Positions 1 through 11,396 of a stretch of 64,000 nt of DNA are shown here, piece by piece (position 1 is the first letter of the stretch; every line of letters begins with the position of its first letter). Made by a program: the position numbers and the translations under genes. Source of the stretch: Patescibacteria group bacterium (GTDB taxonomy: Bacteria > Patescibacteriota > Dojkabacteria > JAKAPS01); assembly GCA_025450075.1 (NCBI GenBank), contig JANWIC010000016.1, forward strand, positions 2,005-66,004, given 5' to 3'. The notes beneath the pieces were generated by a model. The model made no database searches. It was given only the letters and a program-made list of their open reading frames with translations, and was not told where the DNA came from.

Positions 1-21
1 TTTGAAGTATATGCAATTGAT

Positions 22-525
22 ATGACCTACAAAGAATCTGATAATGCAGAGATTCTCCTTTCCCACACAGCAACAGTCGTATTTACTTCAAATCAAATTA
101 CCAACATTATTACTCATATTGTCTCAACGCCAACACAAACACCAACTCCTTCCCCATCACCAATCAGTACTGTCATTCCAACTCTTACCCCAACACTTAT
201 CACTATTCCACAAACAACAGGTGTAATTGATGAAAACGGCAATGTATTCCAGTTTGGCGTATGTGATTCATTCGTTCTCTTTCTGTTGACTATGATTATC
301 TTCCTCATTCCTTACATTTGGATTTTGAAAAAACATATTGAAAAGCAGAAAAAGATACAAGAATTTGGTGTTTATTCCATCATACTCATTATTCTTGCAT
401 TCCTTTTAGAAGCATATTGTTTTCCACTTATCATAGTTGCGAGTATATGGATTGTTGTCTTAGGAATACTTAAAAAAGTATTTCCTGCAAGTTCTACAAG
501 CTCTGGCGAAGGTATTCCCCAGTAA
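22..525 (+). CDS. Hypothetical membrane protein with a Pro/Thr-rich linker (PTQTPTPSPSPISTVIPTLTPTL) followed by 3 predicted TM helices. The frame is open back to nt 1, so it may be 5'-partial. Its 3' end overlaps the uvrA stop by about 32 nt (convergent).
   Basis: ORF track; low-complexity P/T linker and hydrophobic C-terminal segments read from the translation; no family motif recognised. Confidence 0.35.
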   Translation: MTYKESDNAEILLSHTATVVFTSNQITNIITHIVSTPTQTPTPSPSPISTVIPTLTPTLITIPQTTGVIDENGNVFQFGVCDSFVLFLLTMIIFLIPYIWILKKHIEKQKKIQEFGVYSIILIILAFLLEAYCFPLIIVASIWIVVLGILKKVFPASSTSSGEGIPQ

Positions 526-3334
526 AGCTTTTATCACATTTCGCAACTGAGGCGATATCTCCCTGAATGAGCAGTTCACCTCCTTGATCACCTCCATGAG
601 GACCTAAATCAATAATCCAGTCGGCAGATCTGATAACATCAAGGTTATGTTCAATAACAAGAACAGTATTACCCTGGTCAACAAGTTTTTGGAGGACATA
701 CAGAAGCTTATCTACATCAGCAAAATGAAGTCCAGTAGTCGGTTCATCGAGGATATAGAAAGTGTTGCCGGTTGAACGTCTTGAAAGTTCTGTAGCAAGC
801 TTCACACGCTGCGCTTCCCCTCCGGACAGTGTCAAGGCACTTTGTCCTAAACGAATGTATCCAAGACCTACATCTTGGAGTGTTTCAAGTTTGTTTTTAA
901 TGCTGTATATATTTTCAAAAAATTCCAATGCTTCATCAACAGTCATTTCCAATACATCATAAATGCTTTTCCCTTTGTATAGGACAGAAAGTGCCTCTCT
1001 ATTGTATCTTTTACCATTACAAACATCACAGGTTACATATACATCAGGCAAAAACTGCATTTCAATTTTCATTACTCCATCCCCCTTACAATTTTCACAT
1101 CTTCCCCCTTTTACATTAAAACTGAATCTTCCTGGGGAATAACCGCGAATCTTTGCCTCTGGAACATTTGCAAAAGTATTCCGGATATCGGTAAACATGC
1201 CTGTGTATGTGGCAGGATTAGAGCGTGGGGTCCTTCCGATTGGAGACTGGTCAATAGAAATGACTTTATCAATATCATCATATCCTTTTATCTGTTTGTA
1301 TTTCCCTTCTTCTTTATGAGTGCCCATGATAAGATTCGATAGACTGTTATACAGAATCTGATTTACAAGAGTAGATTTACCGGATCCTGAAACTCCTGTG
1401 ACACAGGTAAATGTTCCTAACGGTATTTTTACGGAAATATTTTTCAAGTTATGTTCAGATGCTCCAATAATTTGAACCGCATCCTTTTTGCTTTTTCGAT
1501 GTTTGGATCGAATCTTACTTGTATTATCTTTTAAATATCTTCCGGTTATAGATTTCGGATTTTTTGCAAGTTCTTGCCATGTTCCAGTTCCGATGATCTC
1601 TCCCCCTAATTCACCGGCTTTTGGGCCAAGATCGATAACATAATCAGATGCCTTTATGGTATCTTCATCATGTTCAACAACAATAACGCTATTTCCCAGT
1701 TCTTTTAATGCATTTAGAGTGTGTAGCAGTCTTTCATTATCTTTTTGATGAAGACCAATTGATGGCTCATCAAGGACATACAAAACACCTGAAAGTCCTG
1801 TTCCGATTTGGGACGCAAGACGAATTCGTTGGGACTCTCCACCGGATAGTGTTCTTGCAGAACGATCAAGAGTTAAATAGTTAAGGCCGACTTCATCTAG
1901 AAATGTTAGCCGGGAAAGAATTTCCTTCATAATTTGTTTAGCAATAACGTTCTCGTTCTCAGATAAATGTGAAGGGAGAGATGTAAAATATGAAATGGCA
2001 TTTCGGATGCTTTGATGTGTTATATCAATGATTGATTTATCATTTACGCTGACTGCTAAAGCAATCGGGTTAAGTTTTTTCCCTTGGCATTCCGGGCATA
2101 TTTTATCCCGCATAAACCTCTCAATATCCCTTCTAACAAGGTCAGAATCTGTTTCATCATATTTTCTTTTTAATGTTGGTATTACTCCAGAAAAATTTGT
2201 ATGGTACGTTTTTGTTATCCCTTCCTTTGTTGTATAGACTATGGATATATCCTTTGTTGTACCATACAGGATCGCATTAAGTTGTTTTTCATTCATTGAT
2301 CCAAGTTTTTGTTTTAAGGTAAATCCATACATCCTTCCAAGTTCAGCGAGCTGGAGCATAACCCAAGATGAAGTGCTAACACTTCTGTTCCATGGGAACA
2401 ATCCACCTTCTCCAATTGTCAGATTCGGGTTATATACGAGTTCAGGATCAATTTCATTCAATACTCCCAATCCCTTACATAATGGACATGCTCCAAACGG
2501 TGAATTAAATGAAAAGGTATGCGGTTCAATTTGAGGAATTGAAATCTTATCATATGGACATGCAAGATTTTCACTAAAAAATGTAGCAGTATTTGTATCA
2601 ATATCCAAAAAAATCATTTCTCCTTCCGAAAGACGCACAGCTGTCTCTACTGAATCTGTTATCCGTTTCCTTAGTTCAGAATTCTCATCTTCTGTTTGGT
2701 CTTTTGATAGCACAATCCTATCTACAACAATTTCAATTGTGTGGCTTTTATATCTTCCCAATTTTATCTCTTCATCCAGTCCATAAATTTCTCCATCAAT
2801 TCTAACTCTTGCAAATCCTTTTGCATAATGTGACTGGAGAAGAGAATCATATTCTCCTTTTCTGTTTTTGATAACTGGAGCTAAAATCATTCCTTTTATT
2901 TCTTCCATTGCAAGGATTGCATTTGCAATATCTTCAATACTTTGATTTTTTACTTCCCTATGGCATATTGGGCAATGCGGATGCCCGACTCGTGCAAACA
3001 GTAGTCGCAGATAGTCATAAATTTCGGTAATTGTTCCGACTGTTGATCTTGGATTATGACCTGAAGATTTTTGGTCAATTGAAATTGCCGGTGATAACCC
3101 ATCGATATAGTCGACATCAGGTTTTTCCATAAGTCCCAAAAATTGCCTTGCATATGCGCTCAATGATTCAACATATTTTCTTTGCCCTTCTGCATAGATC
3201 GTATCAAAAGCAAGCGATGATTTCCCGGATCCTGACATGCCGGTAATGACGACTAATTTATTTTTTGGAATTTCAACATCAATATTTTTCAGATTATGGA
3301 CACGCGCACCTTTTACTGTTATCGAGTCTTTCAT
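494..3334 (-). CDS. uvrA: Excinuclease ABC subunit A (UvrA). The real start is most likely the ATG at 3334 ([15 protein letters not shown]...), not the 120-codon upstream extension shown in the ORF track.
   Basis: Two ABC ATPase modules with Walker A motifs ([16 protein letters not shown] and [11 protein letters not shown]), UvrA zinc-finger Cys clusters, about 946 aa from the ATG at 3332-3334, which is the typical UvrA size. Confidence 0.9.
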   Translation of the reverse strand: MKDSITVKGARVHNLKNIDVEIPKNKLVVITGMSGSGKSSLAFDTIYAEGQRKYVESLSAYARQFLGLMEKPDVDYIDGLSPAISIDQKSSGHNPRSTVGTITEIYDYLRLLFARVGHPHCPICHREVKNQSIEDIANAILAMEEIKGMILAPVIKNRKGEYDSLLQSHYAKGFARVRIDGEIYGLDEEIKLGRYKSHTIEIVVDRIVLSKDQTEDENSELRKRITDSVETAVRLSEGEMIFLDIDTNTATFFSENLACPYDKISIPQIEPHTFSFNSPFGACPLCKGLGVLNEIDPELVYNPNLTIGEGGLFPWNRSVSTSSWVMLQLAELGRMYGFTLKQKLGSMNEKQLNAILYGTTKDISIVYTTKEGITKTYHTNFSGVIPTLKRKYDETDSDLVRRDIERFMRDKICPECQGKKLNPIALAVSVNDKSIIDITHQSIRNAISYFTSLPSHLSENENVIAKQIMKEILSRLTFLDEVGLNYLTLDRSARTLSGGESQRIRLASQIGTGLSGVLYVLDEPSIGLHQKDNERLLHTLNALKELGNSVIVVEHDEDTIKASDYVIDLGPKAGELGGEIIGTGTWQELAKNPKSITGRYLKDNTSKIRSKHRKSKKDAVQIIGASEHNLKNISVKIPLGTFTCVTGVSGSGKSTLVNQILYNSLSNLIMGTHKEEGKYKQIKGYDDIDKVISIDQSPIGRTPRSNPATYTGMFTDIRNTFANVPEAKIRGYSPGRFSFNVKGGRCENCKGDGVMKIEMQFLPDVYVTCDVCNGKRYNREALSVLYKGKSIYDVLEMTVDEALEFFENIYSIKNKLETLQDVGLGYIRLGQSALTLSGGEAQRVKLATELSRRSTGNTFYILDEPTTGLHFADVDKLLYVLQKLVDQGNTVLVIEHNLDVIRSADWIIDLGPHGGDQGGELLIQGDIASVAKCDKSFTGEYLRQSL

Positions 3335-3371
3335 GACAAAAAATATAGTATAGAATAGGATTTTATCAAAA

Positions 3372-3968
3372 ATGGAGCTATTTTGGAAGATTGCATACTC
3401 ATGTTTGAAGCTATATAATCTCTCCACTATGTCAAACGAAAGAAATATATTACTAACATTAGATTGTGATCGACCCAGAATCCCAGGGGTTTTTAGGACA
3501 CTTGAGAATTTAGGGATTATTACCATGGATAGAAAACCGGTATTCTTTGATGGGTATGTATGTATACCTATTAAAGAAGTTAATATCGGAGCATTTGCAA
3601 CATTAGGTGAGGAAAATGGGATGTTTAACGGAATTGGTGCTGCATTGTGGTTACGGCAAATGGTAGATGTTGTTGCGATAATGCACGACGGCACACAGCT
3701 AATATTTTCACTTTGGGAACAATATTATGAGTTACATAAATTTAATCCAGTAGATGGCAGTTATGATAAGATGGAAAGTAGATATAATTTAACATATGAT
3801 GGCAAGCCATTTTGTATGTCACTTCTTGGAACAATGGGGTTTGATATTGGTGAGGGCTTACAAGCATATACAATTACTGAGCTTTATCTGTATGTGCCGT
3901 TAGATGTAGAATTGTCTCCACTTGAACCAGGTGGTATAATCCCCTTTCCACAAATGGATACTAGCTGA
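3372..3968 (+). CDS. Hypothetical protein (198 aa). An alternative start at 3426 (MSNERN...) is possible. No Shine-Dalgarno sequence precedes either start.
   Basis: ORF track only; no recognisable motif. The 3' end overlaps the following convergent glycosyltransferase gene by 8 nt. Confidence 0.3.
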   Translation: MELFWKIAYSCLKLYNLSTMSNERNILLTLDCDRPRIPGVFRTLENLGIITMDRKPVFFDGYVCIPIKEVNIGAFATLGEENGMFNGIGAALWLRQMVDVVAIMHDGTQLIFSLWEQYYELHKFNPVDGSYDKMESRYNLTYDGKPFCMSLLGTMGFDIGEGLQAYTITELYLYVPLDVELSPLEPGGIIPFPQMDTS

Positions 3969-5142
3969 TCATCTTAAAATATATTGCTTTTGCAAAAGCC
4001 TCCTCATATCCATCAGCAAGTTGTTTAACAGAAAAAAGGTTTTCAACTCGTTCACGTAATATTTCTGGCTTTTTCTTTCTAGCATCTTTAATATGTTTTG
4101 CTACCCTTTCGATATACTGCTCCTGATCTGGAGTAATTAAGGTATCCGTTTCATATATTTTTAAATCATTCGTCTGGATGATGATACCTGTCTTACCCAA
4201 CAACTCCGGAAGTGCACCTTTATCAGGTGCAATTACGGCAGTTCCTGATGCCATTGATTCTATCGATACTAATCCGAATGGTTCATGCCAAAGATTTGTC
4301 ATAAGGGTAACATAGGCATTTCGAAACAATTTGCTTTTTTCTTGTATTCCTAAAGGTGGATAAATCTTATCGTTTTTTTTTACATATGGCTGGATCATTT
4401 TTTGAAAATACTCTTTTTCATATACTTCATTTTGCATACCCATTAATCGGATAGGAAATCCAGCCTTATGCGCTGCATGAAGGGCAATATGTGCCCCTTT
4501 TTCTGGAGAATATCGACCAATCCAAAATACATATCTGTTTGGGTTATAAAATTTGGATGGACTTTTCGAAACTCTATACTGTTGGATATCAATGGCATTA
4601 TATACAGTCCCTAAATGCTGCCTTTTCATAAATGTATAGTATCGCTTTGCCTGGTCATGGCTGATGGTAATAAAATAATGTCCAAGGGATGCTAGTGAGG
4701 AAACAATATCCGGTAAATGATCTTTTGCTGGTCCGTGGAGGGTGTGCACAATTGGAATATCATTAGTTTCCAGCATAATATCCTCATTGATTGAAATTTT
4801 TGCAGGAGAACTGGCAGAATCAAAACGTTTGAGCATTTCCTGGCTATGCAACGCAAGAGTATGGTCCCAAATAAGATCAGGTCTTGCGGCAATTGCTTCT
4901 TTGTATGCCCTTTTGTTTGCCTGATGCTCTTTAATAAAAGATTCTCCAATCCCTATTGCCTTTTGGACTACAGGGACAAGGTGCGCTTTTGTTTCTGAAT
5001 CTCCTGATGCAAAAAGATAAACATCATGCCCACGTGCTACGAGTTCGTCCACTGCTAATGATATGACTAATTCTATTCCTCCATACAACTGTTTGCTCCC
5101 TACAACAGGAATAACAGTGGGAGCAATGACACATATCTTCAT
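3961..5142 (-). CDS. Glycosyltransferase, GT4 / group-1 family (retaining GT-B fold)
   Basis: N-terminal MKICVIAP...GGIE...ARGHDV and the C-terminal GT1 sugar-nucleotide-binding region (EPFGLVSIESMASGTAVIA) are typical of group-1 glycosyltransferases. Confidence 0.75.
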   Translation of the reverse strand: MKICVIAPTVIPVVGSKQLYGGIELVISLAVDELVARGHDVYLFASGDSETKAHLVPVVQKAIGIGESFIKEHQANKRAYKEAIAARPDLIWDHTLALHSQEMLKRFDSASSPAKISINEDIMLETNDIPIVHTLHGPAKDHLPDIVSSLASLGHYFITISHDQAKRYYTFMKRQHLGTVYNAIDIQQYRVSKSPSKFYNPNRYVFWIGRYSPEKGAHIALHAAHKAGFPIRLMGMQNEVYEKEYFQKMIQPYVKKNDKIYPPLGIQEKSKLFRNAYVTLMTNLWHEPFGLVSIESMASGTAVIAPDKGALPELLGKTGIIIQTNDLKIYETDTLITPDQEQYIERVAKHIKDARKKKPEILRERVENLFSVKQLADGYEEAFAKAIYFKMIS

Positions 5143-5209
5143 GCAAAAATGGTTATGCGTAAGCAGTATAGTACTTATTTGCTGGGCTTGTCCGTGATGT
5201 ATCTCACTA

Positions 5210-6358
5210 CTATTCTACCCAACTGAGTCTGGAGATCGAAGTTATTCCAGATTTAGTTGTAATGAGTTTGAAATTTTTGGGCACGATTGTTGTTGATCCT
5301 TGTTTTGTGACAGTAATTAAATCTTCTGTTGCAATATTAAAATCTGCATTGCTTTGGTCAATAAAAGCGATGTGTTTCCCATCCGGAGAAAAGACCGGCA
5401 TTGCATCTATTCCTTGGTGGACTAGAATTTTTGATTGGTAATCTTGCAAGAAAGCACTTTGCGGGTCCTTCATATCAAAATTAGAAAGATTGAAAGGCAT
5501 CATATATACATCAATATGGGAATTTGTAACCAAATCATTTGATTCTCTTTGTGTGAAGGTAAGATATGTTCCATCTGGAGAGAATGATGGCTGCAGTGAT
5601 CCGGAAAAATCAGGTGTGAGGGCGAAGCTCTGCTTGTTTTTACTATCTAGAATATATAGCTGTGCATAAGGCTGTGGTTGGTTTAATGCATAAATATATT
5701 TCGTATAGACAATATAGTTGCTGTCTAACGGATAATATGTCGGGTCAGCATCTCCGCCGGTATATGGATAGCCGTGGGTTAATTGTGTCGCTGAGGAAAT
5801 CAACTGATTTTTCATTTCAAATACACTTAAGTCTGATACACCGGAAACAAATTTACCTTTATCAGATATAAATGCAATCTTTGTTCCATCAAAAGAAAAT
5901 GTTGGGTCAACGTACCATATCTTTTGGTATAAATCATTATTATTTATCTGCTTAGTCAGCGCTTTGACACTTCCGGATGTCAAATCAATTAGGTTGATAT
6001 TTCCAAAATTATTATCCAGCTGAGTTGTGATTGCAGATTTGCCATCAGCTGAAACAGAAGCTTCATCAACTGACCCATTATGGGTAATCTGCATAATAGT
6101 AGATCCGGAAAGTTTCCATAAGTTTTTGTTTTGAACAAAATAAATCGTTCCGGGAATTGATACCTGGTTTGAAAGAGTTACATTTCCATTTGATGTCGTC
6201 TGTTGCTTAGTAATATAGCTGACAATTTTTTCAATTGTTCCGCTAAATTTTGCTGTACCTATGACTATTACTGCAAGAATAAGAAGGCAAAAGATTAGAA
6301 AGATAATGCAACAGGAATCTTTTTTCTTCGGTTGTGTATACTCTGCAGTTTGTAACAT
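5210..6358 (-). CDS. Membrane-anchored TolB-like beta-propeller protein (N-terminal TM followed by repeated 'SPDG..' blades)
   Basis: N-terminal hydrophobic anchor; repeated motifs FSPDGKHIAF, SFSPDGTYLTF and FSFDGTKIAF are typical of the TolB / WD40-like beta-propeller repeat. Confidence 0.5.
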   Translation of the reverse strand: MLQTAEYTQPKKKDSCCIIFLIFCLLILAVIVIGTAKFSGTIEKIVSYITKQQTTSNGNVTLSNQVSIPGTIYFVQNKNLWKLSGSTIMQITHNGSVDEASVSADGKSAITTQLDNNFGNINLIDLTSGSVKALTKQINNNDLYQKIWYVDPTFSFDGTKIAFISDKGKFVSGVSDLSVFEMKNQLISSATQLTHGYPYTGGDADPTYYPLDSNYIVYTKYIYALNQPQPYAQLYILDSKNKQSFALTPDFSGSLQPSFSPDGTYLTFTQRESNDLVTNSHIDVYMMPFNLSNFDMKDPQSAFLQDYQSKILVHQGIDAMPVFSPDGKHIAFIDQSNADFNIATEDLITVTKQGSTTIVPKNFKLITTKSGITSISRLSWVE

Positions 6359-6360
6359 AA

Positions 6361-7386
6361 TTAATGGGTAAATATTTGATCAAATAGCACTTTAATTTTG
6401 GTCATGTCTGGTTTGACAATATCTTGTTTTCCATCCGGAGAAAGTCCGTCAGAAGAATAAGTAGGTGGCGAGAGAATATATCGATGGATATCTTCTGTCT
6501 TAATGCTTGTCAAAAGAGGTGCAAGCTGTGACAGTTGAATTATGGACATGTCAGTAACGACACTTCCCTGCAGTTCATTTGCTAACTGAGGAATTTTTGA
6601 AATGACATTTGAATTCTCAATCACTTTTTTAAGTTGGAAAAGAACCTGTTGTTGTCTTGCGGAACGACCAAAATCTCCTTGCAGATCTCCATGTCGTGAT
6701 CTCACATACTCAAGAGCATGGATTCCTGATAAATGTTGAGGACCTGCAGGAATGTACAACCTGATTGCACTATATGGATCATTTCCTGATATATCATTTG
6801 GATATACATCATCAAGGACAGGATGGTTTACATCAATATCAATACCACCAAATGTATCAATAACTTTGACAAATCCCTGCAACCCTACCCATGCGTAATA
6901 ATCAATGTGAACTCCAAAATCTTTTTCGATCGTTTGTCTTGTCAGTGCAATACCGCCAAATCCACTTGCCTGATCAATCTTACCGTATCCTCCACTTACT
7001 CCGTCAATTGGAACCCAGAAATCTCTTGGTATTGAAATCATATTTACCTGATTCGTTTTTGTATTTAATGACACAATGATTATGGTTTGAGTTAATACGT
7101 TACTCGGGTTAAATTTCGCATCATTATCACTTCCTAATAGAAGGATATTTAAATATTGCGGTCCGTTATATGTATAGGTTAACCCCTGTTCAGTTTTAGT
7201 CCGTGGCACCTGTTTTTGTGTAGCTTGAAGAAGTGTTGGTATAACTGCAAGATAGGATCTGAAATAGAAGGCAATACCTGAAATGATCAAAATGAAGATG
7301 AAAATAATGAGGCAGCATCCATACATGTGTCTTCGTTTAGGTGGCTGTACAGCTGATTCATCTGGTTTTGGTATCGTAATATCCAT
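6361..7386 (-). CDS. LytR-CpsA-Psr (LCP) family cell-envelope polymer transferase, N-terminally membrane anchored
   Basis: Single N-terminal TM; LCP core LLLGSDND...TQTIIIVSLN...MISIPRDFWVPIDG with the conserved RD motif. Confidence 0.7.
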   Translation of the reverse strand: MDITIPKPDESAVQPPKRRHMYGCCLIIFIFILIISGIAFYFRSYLAVIPTLLQATQKQVPRTKTEQGLTYTYNGPQYLNILLLGSDNDAKFNPSNVLTQTIIIVSLNTKTNQVNMISIPRDFWVPIDGVSGGYGKIDQASGFGGIALTRQTIEKDFGVHIDYYAWVGLQGFVKVIDTFGGIDIDVNHPVLDDVYPNDISGNDPYSAIRLYIPAGPQHLSGIHALEYVRSRHGDLQGDFGRSARQQQVLFQLKKVIENSNVISKIPQLANELQGSVVTDMSIIQLSQLAPLLTSIKTEDIHRYILSPPTYSSDGLSPDGKQDIVKPDMTKIKVLFDQIFTH

Positions 7387-7468
7387 GAAAAAAAGCTCTT
7401 GAATTGGTAGCTTTGCGTACGTATATTATGATAGATTTCCCAGCTTTAGGCAAGTTGTTTAAAAGAGT

Positions 7469-9469
7469 TTAACGTAGACTTTCTAATTCTTTAATCTCAT
7501 CACGAATTTTCGCAGCCTGTTCAAATTGCATGTTTTGTGCAAAATAATGCATCTGAGTCTGAAGCTCATTAATTTTCTTTTCGAGTTCTTCTGGTGGAAT
7601 TTCTTCAATCATCTCCTCTGCAGCGATTTTTTCCTCTGCTGTACGTTTCAAGGTCACTTTTACTTCTTTAATTATTGCTGTAGGTTCAATTCCATGCTTT
7701 TTGTTATATGCTTCCTGGATATTTCTTCTTCTGTTTGTCTCATTTATTGCTCTTTCCATTGAACCTGTTATTTTATCAGCATACATAATGACAGTTCCTT
7801 CAATATGCCGGGCTGCTCGTCCGATAGTCTGGATTAAACTTTGTTCAGATCGTAAAAAGCCTTCTTTATCCGCATCAATAATTGCTACAAGTGAAACCTC
7901 CGGAAGGTCAATACCTTCCCGTAATAAATTGATACCGATTACTACATCAAATACCCCAAGCCGAAGATTCGTTAAGATTTCAGAACGTTCAATCGTTTCC
8001 ACATCAGAGTGGATATATGATACTTTTATCCCAAGTTCAATGAGATATTCTGTCAGTTCTTCTGCCATTCGCTTTGTAAGTGTTGTAATAAGAACGCGCT
8101 GATGTTTGAGAATTCTTCCCTCAATTTCTTTTATGAGATTGTCGATTTGATCTTTAGTTGATCTGATATCAATTTGAGGATCTACAATTCCTGTAGGACG
8201 AATGATTTGTTCAGTTACTCCATTTGCAGGAAATTCAACCGAATGGACTTGTTTGCTTGCTTCATTCGCAAGTCCTTTTTCATAATCATTTGGAGTTGCT
8301 GATACATAAATTGCTTGATGGATTCTGCTTCTGAATTCTTCAAAACGCAGTGGCCGGTTATCTAATGCTGATGGTAGTCTGAAACCATATTTGATAAGTG
8401 TTTCTTTTCGAGCCCTATCCCCGTTATACATTCCTCTAACTTGCGGAAGAGTCATATGAGACTCATCAACTACCAACAAGTAATCATCAGGGAAGTAATC
8501 CATTAATGTCGATGGAGGAGTACCTGCAGCTCTTCCTTCAATATGTCTCGAATAGTTTTCAATACCGTTACAATATCCTGTTTCTTGCATCATTTCCAAG
8601 TCAAACGTTGTTTTTTGATGCAGTCTATATGCTTCCAGCTCATACCCTGACCTTTTTAATTCTTCTTCTCTTTGAACTAATTCTTCCTCTATAGTTGAAA
8701 ATGCATTTTTCATCTTATCAAATGGAGTAACAAAATGTTTTGCAGGAAAGATTGTTAACTCTTTTGGTCTTTGCTGAATTTCACCTGTTAGTGGATCGAT
8801 GAGAAGAATGCGATCTATCGTGTCTCCAAAATATTCCACTCTTACTGCCCTATCTTCATAACTTGGGAAAATATCAAGTGTATCACCTTTTACTCGATAG
8901 GTTCCTCGCTTGAATTCAATATCATTTCTGTTATATTGTAAATCATTCAAATGAATTAAAAGTTTTGACCTTTGATAGCTGTCCCCCAATTTTAGAGTCC
9001 TTGCCATAGCAAGATAATCTTCAGGATTTCCAAGGCCATATATGCATGAAACTGATGCGACAATTAATACGTCTTCTCTTGTTAGCAGGGCTTGGGTGGC
9101 ACTGTTTCGATATTTTTCAATTTCTTCATTGATCTGACTTTCTTTTTCAATATATGTATCTGTTCTTGGAATATATGCCTCAGGCTGGTAATAGTCATAG
9201 TATGATACGAAGTATTGCACGCTATTCTCTGGAAAGAATTCTCTAAATTCTGCTGCAAGCTGTGCCGCAAGTGTTTTGTTGTGAGCAAGCACTAATGTCG
9301 GTTTTTGTACTCTTTCAATGACATTTGATATGGTGAAGGTTTTTCCAGTTCCCGTTGCTCCTAAAAGTACCTGATCGCTTACACCTTTTTCTATACCATA
9401 GGTAAGCTTGTCAATTGCTTTCGGCTGATCTCCTGCTGGTTTAAATGGATAATGGAGTTTAAACTTCAT
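7469..9469 (-). CDS. uvrB: Excinuclease ABC subunit B (UvrB)
   Basis: Helicase motif [15 protein letters not shown]-like DESH motif, C-terminal UvrB/UvrC interaction coiled coil ([19 protein letters not shown]), about 666 aa. Confidence 0.92.
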   Translation of the reverse strand: MKFKLHYPFKPAGDQPKAIDKLTYGIEKGVSDQVLLGATGTGKTFTISNVIERVQKPTLVLAHNKTLAAQLAAEFREFFPENSVQYFVSYYDYYQPEAYIPRTDTYIEKESQINEEIEKYRNSATQALLTREDVLIVASVSCIYGLGNPEDYLAMARTLKLGDSYQRSKLLIHLNDLQYNRNDIEFKRGTYRVKGDTLDIFPSYEDRAVRVEYFGDTIDRILLIDPLTGEIQQRPKELTIFPAKHFVTPFDKMKNAFSTIEEELVQREEELKRSGYELEAYRLHQKTTFDLEMMQETGYCNGIENYSRHIEGRAAGTPPSTLMDYFPDDYLLVVDESHMTLPQVRGMYNGDRARKETLIKYGFRLPSALDNRPLRFEEFRSRIHQAIYVSATPNDYEKGLANEASKQVHSVEFPANGVTEQIIRPTGIVDPQIDIRSTKDQIDNLIKEIEGRILKHQRVLITTLTKRMAEELTEYLIELGIKVSYIHSDVETIERSEILTNLRLGVFDVVIGINLLREGIDLPEVSLVAIIDADKEGFLRSEQSLIQTIGRAARHIEGTVIMYADKITGSMERAINETNRRRNIQEAYNKKHGIEPTAIIKEVKVTLKRTAEEKIAAEEMIEEIPPEELEKKINELQTQMHYFAQNMQFEQAAKIRDEIKELESLR

Positions 9470-9623
9470 ATTATGCCTATAATGAACACATATTATACTA
9501 TGTTCTCCTATCTTGAGACAATCTGCACCTTCTGGTCAATATATTCATTTTCATGTAGAATCAGGGTGCAAAACTTGTATCATAGCGGTAAATCTGCTAA
9601 GATATGCCCGTTTACAACTTAAT

Positions 9624-9697
9624 GGTCGCGTGGTGTAGTGGTCAAACATGTTTCCCTGTCACGGAAAAGATCGAGGGTTCGAATCCCTTCGCGACCG
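9624..9697 (+). tRNA. tRNA-Asp (anticodon GTC)
   Basis: Hand-folded cloverleaf: acceptor GGTCGCG/CGCGACC, D-arm GTGT..ACAT, anticodon stem TTTCC/GGAAA with loop CTGTCAC, T-arm GAGGG-TTCGAAT-CCCTT, discriminator G. Confidence 0.85.
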
Positions 9698-9877
9698 AAT
9701 TGCAAATTCCCCTTAAATATCCTATGATATTTACAGTTACGAAACCCATCATGAAAAAAGACGACTTTCTTGTTTTCCTCATGCTAAGCAGTCTTTGCAT
9801 TGTACTACTTGTATTTTTGAACCTCTCAATAATCTGAAATTCCTGAATTTGGAGATATATTTATTAAGTATGAAAAA

Positions 9878-9949
9878 AGCGAAAGACGGGATTTGAACCC
9901 GCGACCTCTTCCTTGGGAAGGAAGCATTCTACCACTGAACTACTTTCGC
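9878..9949 (-). tRNA. tRNA-Gly (anticodon CCC)
   Basis: Reverse complement folds as GCGAAAG / D-arm GTTC..GAAT / anticodon stem CTTCC-(TTCCCAA)-GGAAG / T-arm GCGGG-TTCAAAT-CCCGT / CTTTCGC. Confidence 0.8.
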
Positions 9950-9958
9950 ATGTATCTT

Positions 9959-10032
9959 AGCCGATAGAGAGAGTCGAACTCTCGACCTTCACTTTACGAA
10001 AGTGCTGCTCTGGCCATCTGAGCTATATCGGC
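9959..10032 (-). tRNA. tRNA-Thr (anticodon CGT)
   Basis: Reverse complement folds as GCCGATA / D-arm GCTC..GAGC / anticodon stem GCACT-(TTCGTAA)-AGTGA with one mismatch at the top pair / T-arm GAGAG-TTCGACT-CTCTC / TATCGGC. Confidence 0.7.
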
Positions 10033-10075
10033 TTGATAATTCATCCATCTTAGGTATAAAATGAATTGTTATGGA

Positions 10076-10102
10076 ATTATACTAAAAATTCTGAATTTTG
10101 AA
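10076..10102 (-). promoter_or_regulatory. Candidate sigma70-like promoter for the minus-strand tRNA-Thr/tRNA-Gly pair (TTCAAA-15-TATAAT on the minus strand)
   Basis: A perfect TATAAT hexamer about 45 nt upstream of the tRNA-Thr 5' end and a TTCAAA -35-like hexamer 15 nt further upstream. Sequence-only. Confidence 0.25.
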
Positions 10103-10116
10103 CATTAAATCAACAA

Positions 10117-10752
10117 ATGACGAGTTTAACTTATACAACAAGAGTTCTTCCAGCTTTCACCTTATCTTTATTCATTGCTTCAATTGGATCTTTCATATCT
10201 CTTCATTGGAGTGGTTTCTTTTCTAAAATCCTTTTACAGATTGTAATTGTAGTTATCTTTTTTTTCATAACCCATGCTTGTCAGCATATTAAAAAGAAAC
10301 ATGAGGCAGGTGCAATGCTTTTGTATGTTTGGATGTTTATTGCAGGAATGATCTTAACAGTATTCATATATGATATTTTCCCATCATTTGGAGATATCTT
10401 TGTTCTTGAAGGTCTATTTCTGACCTTTGTTATGTATGTCATCCTTACTTCCAGACTTTATGGGAAAGACAGGTTTTCGCTTCAAGCAAAATCTTTTCTT
10501 ATTCTTGCTGGAATAGATATCATGATTGGATTGATCTTCTATCTCTTCTTTTCCTCCCCTCTTCTTTTGGTCATTGGAGATGCGGTAATTTTTTCCATAA
10601 TATCCATACTCTTTTATGGGAAAATTGAGCATCTAATGCGAGCGGGAGAAGATGATGACATTTATTCAGAAATCTTGGGAATGTATCTAGATTTTCCTTC
10701 ATTTCTTTCACATATCCGGCAGATGTTCGCGTTTATGGAAAGGAGAGCATAA
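10117..10752 (+). CDS. Hypothetical polytopic membrane protein (about 6 TM segments)
   Basis: Hydrophobic segments throughout; no family motif recognised. Confidence 0.45.
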   Translation: MTSLTYTTRVLPAFTLSLFIASIGSFISLHWSGFFSKILLQIVIVVIFFFITHACQHIKKKHEAGAMLLYVWMFIAGMILTVFIYDIFPSFGDIFVLEGLFLTFVMYVILTSRLYGKDRFSLQAKSFLILAGIDIMIGLIFYLFFSSPLLLVIGDAVIFSIISILFYGKIEHLMRAGEDDDIYSEILGMYLDFPSFLSHIRQMFAFMERRA

Positions 10753-11396
10753 TGGGATTGTTTGGCCTCGTGAAATTTATCACTACAAATTTTGATAAGT
10801 ACTTGTACCTAGTACTATTTATCCTTTTGTTTATCGAGGAAGCTGGAGTGCCTCTTCCGGTTCCAGGAGATATATATATTTTCCTCTCCGGATATCAAGT
10901 GGTAGTTCATCATGCAAGTCCAGTTTTTATCTTAATCGATGTTACATTAGCTTCAATACTTGGTTCCTCACTTCTTTTTTTCATAATTCTAAAAAAAGGT
11001 GAACCGCTTGTAGAAAAATATGGAAAATATATCCATATCTCAAAAGAAAGACTTGAACAAGGTAAATATTGGTTTGATAAACATGGAGAAATTGTAATTC
11101 TGGTAGGAAGATGGATACCCGGACTTCGTATTGTCCTGACTATTGTTGGTGGAATATTCCGTCTTGAATATTTTAAGTTCATTCTTGCAATGGGAATTTC
11201 TTCGCTTATGTGGTCAGGATTTTTTCTATATCTTGGTATAACATTTGGAAGACATCAGGATAAGATTTTAAATGTGTTTAAATATGTGAATACATATACG
11301 GGATATATCTTCTATCTTGTTATTCTCCTTCTGGTTACTGCTCTTTGCTACTTATATCTCAGAGCCCATCGTAGGAGGCAGGCCAACCCCAGGTAA
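10752..11396 (+). CDS. DedA / SNARE-associated (TVP38) family membrane protein
   Basis: Conserved DedA motif ...FIEEAGVPLPVPGD...LSGY... plus a GRW.PGLR.V segment. The start overlaps the stop of the upstream gene (ATGA). Confidence 0.65.
   Translation: MGLFGLVKFITTNFDKYLYLVLFILLFIEEAGVPLPVPGDIYIFLSGYQVVVHHASPVFILIDVTLASILGSSLLFFIILKKGEPLVEKYGKYIHISKERLEQGKYWFDKHGEIVILVGRWIPGLRIVLTIVGGIFRLEYFKFILAMGISSLMWSGFFLYLGITFGRHQDKILNVFKYVNTYTGYIFYLVILLLVTALCYLYLRAHRRRQANPR

Noticed and set aside
120-230. Pro/Thr-rich coding repeats (PTQTPTPSPSP...; also 55130-55330) as possible DNA tandem repeats
   Set aside because: They are low-complexity at the protein level, but the nucleotide sequence is not a precise tandem repeat. 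They are interpreted as flexible linkers of surface proteins.
3335-3694. 120-codon in-frame N-terminal extension of uvrA in the ORF track (MPSCIIATT...)
   Set aside because: The UvrA homology begins exactly at the internal ATG at 3334 ([15 protein letters not shown]), which gives the canonical length of about 946 aa. The extension is AT-rich, open-frame readthrough that overlaps the divergent gene.
9604-9837. 77-aa ORF spanning tRNA-Asp
   Set aside because: It overlaps a well-folding tRNA gene, so it is a spurious ORF.
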